A DNA stretch of 27,353 bases from a virus (Duplodnaviria > Caudoviricetes). Positions 16,802 through 22,789 of the stretch are shown piece after piece; position 1 is the stretch's first letter, and the number at the start of each line of letters is the position of its first letter. The position numbers and the translations under genes were made by a program. The stretch covers positions 1 to 27,353 of the IMG/VR virus record IMGVR_UViG_3300004805_000027; one strand, given 5' to 3'. The notes under the pieces are model-generated. The model worked only from the letters and a program-made list of their open reading frames with translations. It was not told where the DNA came from and searched no databases.

Positions 16802-17886
16802 GGTAATACCTCTTTCATTCCGGTGAATGGTTCACCTGCTATAACTCTCGCTGCATGTGGGAATTTCCCACGTGCCACGTACTGCGCAAACTTAGGCCAG
16901 TCCAATGCACCACGGGCGACATCGAAAGATGTAAGACCGTGTGTGTAATCTCTGGCTGCTGCTACTAACTCGATACAACCTAACCAACGCAGCGAGAACG
17001 AAGGACGGAAAATCCGGACTTCGATGGTGTGCTGATTGGCAAAGTTCACAGCGTCAGAGTGACTACTCTCGTACGGCTGTAGAACTTTAAGCGGTACACC
17101 GCCACGCTTTAAGCCGTTGAAGTTGGCATAACCTGAACTACGGCGTGCTGCTTCTTTCCAGTCCAATTCATTGCGACTGAACAACAGGCCGAAACGTGTC
17201 TGATGAGCAGGTGACATACCTGCTCTAGACATGTGCACGTGTAGGCCGCAATTTGGGCGGTTCCACGCACGTTGCCCCAAGTGATTAAGTTCGTCAAGAA
17301 CTTTTAAGAACTCAGGGGCAAATTCACGCCATGAATCTAGGTCACGTGGGTGTGTAACTATTTCAAACCCACCAGTCAAACTGCCGTCTTCCTTAAGATA
17401 CGCAGTATCGTGGTTAATTTTACCGACGAAGTGTCCTGCGGCTTCTGAGTTGTTACGGTGTATATTCTCACATTCGAGTTCTATACCGAATTGTATGTCA
17501 GAATCACCGTGGAACACGGGGTCTGGTTTGTAACTGTAGTTATAGGTGTAATTATCTGCTTCGTCGTTACAACAACTGTCGTTGTTAGAACGATACTCGT
17601 CACAACCTTCACACCACCAGTAATAGTTACCGAGGCAACCGTCACAAACAGTACCTACGCCTGTAACATGACCACTGTCGTAATAACTAGAGTCATAGTT
17701 TTGGTCACACTCATGACACCAGAAAGCCTGTGTATCATTACAGTCTTGACACCAGCGTTGTTCTTGACCAACAGAGTAGACTATGAAACAGTCATGTTCT
17801 GTCTCACCGTCGCTACAGTTGGCGCATGGTGATATAATTACAACTTCTTCTTCCGTCGGTACGACGGGTTCTTGCATTTCAGACAT
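16792..17886 (-). CDS. putative amidoligase (COOH-NH2 ligase, GS/GCS fold) with N-terminal zinc ribbons
   Basis: GIELE, DGSL, FEIV, CGLHVH and TIEVRIF motifs; N-terminal CxxC pairs; start chosen at ATG 17886 after GAAGGA. Confidence 0.88.
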   Translation of the reverse strand: MSEMQEPVVPTEEEVVIISPCANCSDGETEHDCFIVYSVGQEQRWCQDCNDTQAFWCHECDQNYDSSYYDSGHVTGVGTVCDGCLGNYYWWCEGCDEYRSNNDSCCNDEADNYTYNYSYKPDPVFHGDSDIQFGIELECENIHRNNSEAAGHFVGKINHDTAYLKEDGSLTGGFEIVTHPRDLDSWREFAPEFLKVLDELNHLGQRAWNRPNCGLHVHMSRAGMSPAHQTRFGLLFSRNELDWKEAARRSSGYANFNGLKRGGVPLKVLQPYESSHSDAVNFANQHTIEVRIFRPSFSLRWLGCIELVAAARDYTHGLTSFDVARGALDWPKFAQYVARGKFPHAARVIAGEPFTGMKEVLPCA

Positions 17887-18029
17887 GATTCCTTCTTTCA
17901 TGTATGCACCGGTAGCACCTTACTACCGATGGTAAAACAATGACCAGCAACCGAGTACCTGATGTACTCATAGAAGTGGTCATTTTTTACTACTAGGGGC
18001 AGGGCTAAATGCCCTACCCCCTAGTAATA

Positions 18030-18407
18030 TTAGTTGCTACCTATGTAGCGTATGTACAGTTTGGTGATTTTACCGTATTTACGGTATGCACGTTCAAACT
18101 GCTTGCTTTTGAACTCTGTGGGCAGATATGCACCACGGTTTGGCTTTGATTCGTAAATCAAGGCCCATTGGCCTGGATTCTCGATTAGCATTAGTTTTAC
18201 AGGGGCCCATTTTGCACCCTTGATAACTCGTGCTGTCTGTTTTTCTTGTGGTGTCTCCCACTTGACGTTAATCATGATTTCCTCCTTTCCTTCTTTAGTT
18301 CGGATTTCGTGTATTGCAGAAGCCAAACCTTTAGGCACTGAGCCTAGTTCGGTTTGGACTTCTAAAATTGCTCTTGCTAATTGATTCATTGAATCTGCTG
18401 TAGTCAT
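18030..18407 (-). CDS. hypothetical protein with ERF-like N-terminal helix; internal start at 18275 gives an 81-aa basic protein
   Basis: ATG 18407 is coupled to the upstream TAA. A second in-frame ATG at 18275 has a strong AAGGAGG RBS. The C-terminal part has an 'NPGQWA...LYIRY.G' pattern seen in small phage proteins. Confidence 0.7.
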   Translation of the reverse strand: MTTADSMNQLARAILEVQTELGSVPKGLASAIHEIRTKEGKEEIMINVKWETPQEKQTARVIKGAKWAPVKLMLIENPGQWALIYESKPNRGAYLPTEFKSKQFERAYRKYGKITKLYIRYIGSN

Positions 18408-18556
18408 TAGAACCACCCATTACGACGGCGACGGCGACGGCGACGACGGGGTGAGTCATCAAATATACCAAGCAAATAAGCCCAAAGTACCCACGAACCC
18501 GTGAGTACTCCGAACAGAAAAGACCAGAATGCGTCTGCGTTAAATCCTATTTCCAT
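18407..18556 (-). CDS. 49-aa single-TM protein with Arg9 tail
   Basis: MEIGFNADAFWSFLFGVLTGSWVLWAYLLGIFDDSPRRRRRRRRRNGWF; AGGAGG RBS; not in ORF track. Confidence 0.75.
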   Translation of the reverse strand: MEIGFNADAFWSFLFGVLTGSWVLWAYLLGIFDDSPRRRRRRRRRNGWF

Positions 18557-18557
18557 G

Positions 18558-18716
18558 TTAACCTCCTATATAAGGTGTTGCTACTGCCCGACTTGGGCAT
18601 TTTTTATACAATTTGGTAATGCCTTTGTGTAACCATTCAGACTTGTAGAAAGGTGGCTCAATCACCTCTACAAGTTGAATGTTACAATTTGCGCAATAAA
18701 CTCTACCCCAGGACAT
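18558..18716 (-). CDS. 52-aa zinc-binding micro-protein
   Basis: MSWGRVYCANC...WLH...KCPSRAVATPYIGG; TAATG coupling; not in ORF track. Confidence 0.7.
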   Translation of the reverse strand: MSWGRVYCANCNIQLVEVIEPPFYKSEWLHKGITKLYKKCPSRAVATPYIGG

Positions 18717-18967
18717 TATTCATACATCCTGATGAGACGACGGTCGATGTCACACTTTTCACACCAACAGTCTAAGTCGTCAATGAGGCCTTGCTCATAC
18801 TCAAGTTGGACTCTTTTGAGACGCGCTTCTTCTGCTTGCTCAACGTCGAGGATTTCGATGTATTCCATTTCAGCCACACAGTGGGTGCAACGGTCACCTG
18901 GTTTACCCCAAACATCATTACCACATAGACATTCAACTACTGAATCTACATACTTAACATCTGACAT
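18716..18967 (-). CDS. Cys-rich acidic protein, first gene of the leftward operon
   Basis: CLC, CTHC and CWCEKC motifs; start uncertain (18967 or 18982). Confidence 0.65.
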   Translation of the reverse strand: MSDVKYVDSVVECLCGNDVWGKPGDRCTHCVAEMEYIEILDVEQAEEARLKRVQLEYEQGLIDDLDCWCEKCDIDRRLIRMYE

Positions 18968-19005
18968 TTTTCCAACTTTCATATCATCGCTCGTACCTAC
19001 CTTAG

Positions 19006-19181
19006 GCACGGTTGTTAGACAAGAAAGCGTCTGCGGAGCAAGATTTGAAGACGAGCAAGGCGTGAGCCAAAGATTTTTATAAAAATTTGGAAGTCAACAG
19101 GCTTACAAATTATTATAAAATATCTTGGTTGCTCGTCACGCAAATCGCAGTGGAGTGGATGCTATCTTGTTGAGACCGTGC
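19006..19181 (+). other. 176-nt rod-like imperfect inverted repeat (ssDNA or RNA structure)
   Basis: Nested pairings: GCACGGT/ACCGTGC, ACAAGAAAGCGTCT/GGATGCTATCTTGT, GATTTG/CAAATC, GACGAGCAA/TTGCTCGTC, TTTTATAA/TTATAAAA, AATTTG/CAAATT, AAGTC/GGCTT around loop AACA (19096-19099). Confidence 0.75.
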
Positions 19182-19182
19182 T

Positions 19183-19604
19183 GCCCCCCTTTATAGGGGG
19201 GCCGACCCGCTCGCCGGCTATTTGTTGAAAACAAATAGGTTTCGCCGCTTTTGGCGAAACGTCGAGGGGGATTTCGTTTCATTGGTTACACAACGAGTGA
19301 GCGTGTAGCGATTCGCCGTAAGGCGATGCGTCGCAGACTGAGCGTCGCAGACCCAAGCGCCGCAGGCTTAAGAAGAAGAAGGATTGGAGCGTAAGCGTTA
19401 AGCCCATCCATTGTATTCCCTATCATAACCACTGTCATTACAATAGAAAGCAAGGCAAACTGCATAGATAGTGTGGCGTATGCCACGCATGCAGTCGGAG
19501 ACCCCTAGGGGGGTCGGAGTGAGGGCGAGTCATGCATATGACGTAGGCCGAATGCTTGGCACACACAGAGAATCCAAGGGATTCTGACCGGGTGTGTGCC
19601 GAGC
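19183..19604 (+). other. dense hairpin array in non-coding region
   Basis: At least 12 stems, e.g. 19183-19202, 19218-19238, 19239-19260, 19313-19326, 19330-19338, 19344-19352, 19359-19367, 19500-19515, 19554-19604. Confidence 0.75.
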
Positions 19605-20016
19605 GGGGGTCAAGTAAAGTAAAGTGTATCCCAAAAATGGTGAACTGTCATTCTCTCCAAATCAGGGCTAGCACACGAGCCGAGAACCCTGTCACATTTC
19701 TGTGTCAAAACCACTGTCAGAGGGTGTTGTAGGACTGGGGTTGTTTTAACATAAAGCCCCCTGCATTCACCACTAAAAAAATCTTAGGACAATCCACCCG
19801 TCATGAACACGAGGACTATTTACCAAAGGCTCTTGGCACGTGTTCAACCCAACCCCGCTCTAACCGGGTAACTCCGGCGAGTATCTGCAACCTCACGGCT
19901 GGGACTCACATTCCGGGGCGACTTTCACGCACGACCACTCACATCGGTGATACATCTACTATAACACCTTCACCGCCCTTGTGACGTAACTATTGTGTGA
20001 ATGTTTTCACAATGTG

Positions 20017-20048
20017 TGTGTATGGAGTGTGTATGGAATGTGTATGTG
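20017..20048 (+). repeat. three direct repeats with 11-bp period (TGTGTATGGA)
   Basis: TGTGTATGGA at 20017 and 20028; TGTGTATGTG at 20039. Confidence 0.7.
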
Positions 20049-20055
20049 CTACTCT
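20045..20055 (+). promoter_or_regulatory. extended -10 promoter, leaderless
   Basis: TGTGC-TACTCT, 6 nt before ATG 20062; no SD. Confidence 0.55.
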
Positions 20056-20061
20056 AGATGT

Positions 20062-20178
20062 ATGTGTGCAACTTGCGGCTGTGGCCGACCTAAAGACAAG
20101 CATGGCGAAAAGACCTTGGCTAAGGCAAACAAGAAGTACTCCAAGGTAAAGCCAAAACCTAAACCAAAGCGGCCTTGA
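20062..20178 (+). CDS. 38-aa basic micro-protein with MCxxCGC metal-binding N-terminus
   Basis: MCATCGCGRPKDKHGEKTLAKANKKYSKVKPKPKPKRP. Confidence 0.65.
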   Translation: MCATCGCGRPKDKHGEKTLAKANKKYSKVKPKPKPKRP

Positions 20179-20342
20179 TTTTTCGCAGCCGCCGCCGCGA
20201 CAATACCGTCACCTCTCTTCGCCTTGGATGGCGTAGAAAGCGTAGACGAGACTATAAGGCTCTCTGGAACGCGGACGGTACGCCACGCTCCTAGAGCAGT
20301 TTTGCACCTCGGTGCTAAAAACAAAATTTTTTTGGCTTTTCG

Positions 20343-20353
20343 TGTGCTACACT
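20343..20353 (+). promoter_or_regulatory. extended -10 promoter, leaderless, heading the packaging operon
   Basis: TGTGC-TACACT, 7 nt before ATG 20361. Confidence 0.6.
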
Positions 20354-20360
20354 CAGGGGT

Positions 20361-20615
20361 ATGAATAAACACATAGCCCCACACATCACAGCACTCCTTA
20401 CAGGGGCAGGTGCTGTGCTATCAGTAGTACATCCAGGCTTCAGTCTTCCTGTAGGAGTTCAAGGACTTGTAGCATCAATTTGCGTATTGGCTTCTACCTT
20501 TACCGAAGCACTCCATTTTGTGCGCAAGCACAACCTTGAGAGCAACCTTGCACTGGCGACTCACCTTGCCGGTGCAGTGTCTGCAACAGTGGCAGAGGAA
20601 GAAACCAAAGCGTAA
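20361..20615 (+). CDS. 2-TM membrane protein (holin-like)
   Basis: Two hydrophobic segments followed by a polar tail. Confidence 0.6.
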   Translation: MNKHIAPHITALLTGAGAVLSVVHPGFSLPVGVQGLVASICVLASTFTEALHFVRKHNLESNLALATHLAGAVSATVAEEETKA

Positions 20616-20866
20616 TGTCACACGGGGAGATAATCGAAAGTTCACTGAAAGCGTGGATAGATGAGAACCTCCCCAAGTTCCTCAACCGTATAAACGAGGA
20701 ACTACCAACAGACGCACCATGGGAGATGCCGGTCGTGGAGGATTATGTCCTCGTAATTGCCGTTAAAGATTACAACGACGGACTCGGCGGCATCTTTACC
20801 ATTGGTGATTCCAACGTGCCTGGATACAGGGTACGTGGCTTGATTGCTGACGCATTGAACTCATAA
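20615..20866 (+). CDS. hypothetical protein
   Basis: 83 aa; TAATG coupling; abuts terL. Confidence 0.65.
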   Translation: MSHGEIIESSLKAWIDENLPKFLNRINEELPTDAPWEMPVVEDYVLVIAVKDYNDGLGGIFTIGDSNVPGYRVRGLIADALNS

Positions 20867-22789
20867 ATGGCTGTAACACCAGTACAAAGGAAGAAGTACT
20901 TTGAAGCACGAGCGGCTGGATTCTCCATTGCGGAAAGTGCTCGAAAGGCTAAGTTCTCAGAAGCCACAGCCTACCGAGTCGAGAAAGCCGCCCAAACCCT
21001 TAGAGCCGACGAGGGAATAGATAGTTCTGCTCGTGACTATCGTGAGCGTAAGACCGAAGCAAAACTGCAAGGTCCTATTGCCTACGACAAATTAAGTGAC
21101 GAAGCCAAGTTAGCACTTGAAGACTTTGGTTACTTTCGTGAGAGGTATTTTGGTCGTGTGTCTACGCCATGGCAAGAAGAAGCAGGTATGGCACTTGTAG
21201 ATTTACTTGAGTCAGAACAAAAAGAATACGTGGTTATGAACATGCCACCTGGTTCTGGTAAGACAACTCTTCTTCATGACATTACCTGTTGGGTTATTTG
21301 TCGCAACCGTTCCACACGACTTCTGACCGGTAGTGCGACTATGTCCCTAGCCAAGCGAAACTTAATGCGTGTGCGCCGTTCACTAGAACGTGTTATTCCA
21401 GAACAAGCCGATGAGATGCTTAAAACCCGTGGGCAGGCACTGGATGCTATTACTACAATGGCTCACGACTTTGGACGCTTTAAGCCATTGGAAAAAGAAC
21501 TGTGGACTAACGAAGCGTTTATTGTTATGCAGCCAGAAGAGATGGGTGCTATCTCAGAAAAGGAACCAACACTAAGTGCTTACGGTATGGACTCTGGTTT
21601 TATTGGTGGTCGTTTTGATGGTTGTTTTTGGGACGACCTCGTAGACCCTAGAAAGGTGCGAAGTGCTGAACAACGTGAGGCAATGGAAGACTGGTATCAA
21701 GACGTGGCTGAAACACGATTGGAGCCTGCAGGAATGCTTGCTCTTATTGGCCAGCGTTTGGCTCCTGACGACTTGTATCGTTTTGCTCTTGACATGGTGC
21801 AGCCATTAGACGAAGAAGCAGAAGAAGCCATTGATGAGATGACTGAAGAAGAAGCGACACTGCTTCGACGTGACAAAAAGTACAAACACCTAAAGTACAG
21901 GGCACACTATGAAGAAAAATGTAATCCAGATAATCACAAGCGTTCGGCTCTTGCTTACCCCGAAGGTTGTCTTTTGGACCCACGCCGTCTCGGATGGCGA
22001 GACATTTCTAACCTTATGTCCAACCGAGGAGAACGCTTTGCTGTTGTATACCAGCAGGAAGACCTGGCGCTAGATGAAGTCCTTGTCAGGAATGAATGGG
22101 TATATGGCCACGGGAATAGCCCAGGGTGCATTGACCATGAGCGTGACCGTTGGGAAATACCGCCAGGACTTAACCCCGCCGATTGCATCGTTGTGGCAAC
22201 GGCCGACCCGTCACCAACCAATTATTGGTCAATACAATGCTGGCTCTATCACAAAGAATCAGAACAGCGTTTTCTATTAGACCTTATTAGAGCCAAGATG
22301 GAAGCCCCACAATTTTTAGAGTACAACTACAACGAGGGTGAATTCACTGGAGTTATGGAAGATTGGCAAAGATTGTCTATTTCCATTGGGTTTCCTATCC
22401 AGGTGTGGGTTGTGGAACAAAACGCAGCCCAGCGATTTATGTTGCAATATGACCACTTTAAGCGTTGGCGACAACTGCGTGGGGTAGAGATTATTCCCCA
22501 CAACACAACTAGTAATAAATCTGACTCCGAGTATGGTGTTACGACAATTTCTCAACATTGGAAGTTTGGTCGTGTAAGATTGATGGGTAAGGGTGAAGGT
22601 AAAACTCGCTCGATGAAACTTATCGACGAGGTAACCAGATACCCCCACGGACGTACGGATGACTGTGTGATGGCGGAGTGGTTCTTTGAATGGAACCTTC
22701 CTAACATCTACATGCCTCAAACTAAGTCTGTACAAGCATGGCGACCAAAATGGGTAAAAAATACCCAACTAACTAACTTGAGGTTTTAG
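20867..22789 (+). CDS. terL: terminase large subunit with N-terminal HTH
   Basis: TPWQ adenine motif, MPPGSGKT Walker A, CFWDD Walker B, GQR coupling motif, YQQ, nuclease ADPS...VEQN...DDCVMA. Confidence 0.92.
   Translation: MAVTPVQRKKYFEARAAGFSIAESARKAKFSEATAYRVEKAAQTLRADEGIDSSARDYRERKTEAKLQGPIAYDKLSDEAKLALEDFGYFRERYFGRVSTPWQEEAGMALVDLLESEQKEYVVMNMPPGSGKTTLLHDITCWVICRNRSTRLLTGSATMSLAKRNLMRVRRSLERVIPEQADEMLKTRGQALDAITTMAHDFGRFKPLEKELWTNEAFIVMQPEEMGAISEKEPTLSAYGMDSGFIGGRFDGCFWDDLVDPRKVRSAEQREAMEDWYQDVAETRLEPAGMLALIGQRLAPDDLYRFALDMVQPLDEEAEEAIDEMTEEEATLLRRDKKYKHLKYRAHYEEKCNPDNHKRSALAYPEGCLLDPRRLGWRDISNLMSNRGERFAVVYQQEDLALDEVLVRNEWVYGHGNSPGCIDHERDRWEIPPGLNPADCIVVATADPSPTNYWSIQCWLYHKESEQRFLLDLIRAKMEAPQFLEYNYNEGEFTGVMEDWQRLSISIGFPIQVWVVEQNAAQRFMLQYDHFKRWRQLRGVEIIPHNTTSNKSDSEYGVTTISQHWKFGRVRLMGKGEGKTRSMKLIDEVTRYPHGRTDDCVMAEWFFEWNLPNIYMPQTKSVQAWRPKWVKNTQLTNLRF

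Noticed and set aside
17953-17969. Hammerhead ribozyme core (CTGATG)
   Set aside because: Reads CTGATGT, not CTGATGA, lies within a hairpin, and has no matching GAAA core
18675-19486. ORFs 18675..19082(+) and 19286..19486(-)
   Set aside because: Antisense shadow, or running through the hairpin array with no RBS and no motif
19993-20061. Longer Cys-rich N-terminus (61-aa version) of the 20062 micro-protein
   Set aside because: The extra Cys/Val/Met codons arise from TG-rich DNA repeats and lie upstream of the likely promoter
20204-20285. tRNA gene
   Set aside because: 7-bp stem and downstream CCA are present, but there is no TTC(G/A)A T-loop or canonical anticodon arm on either strand
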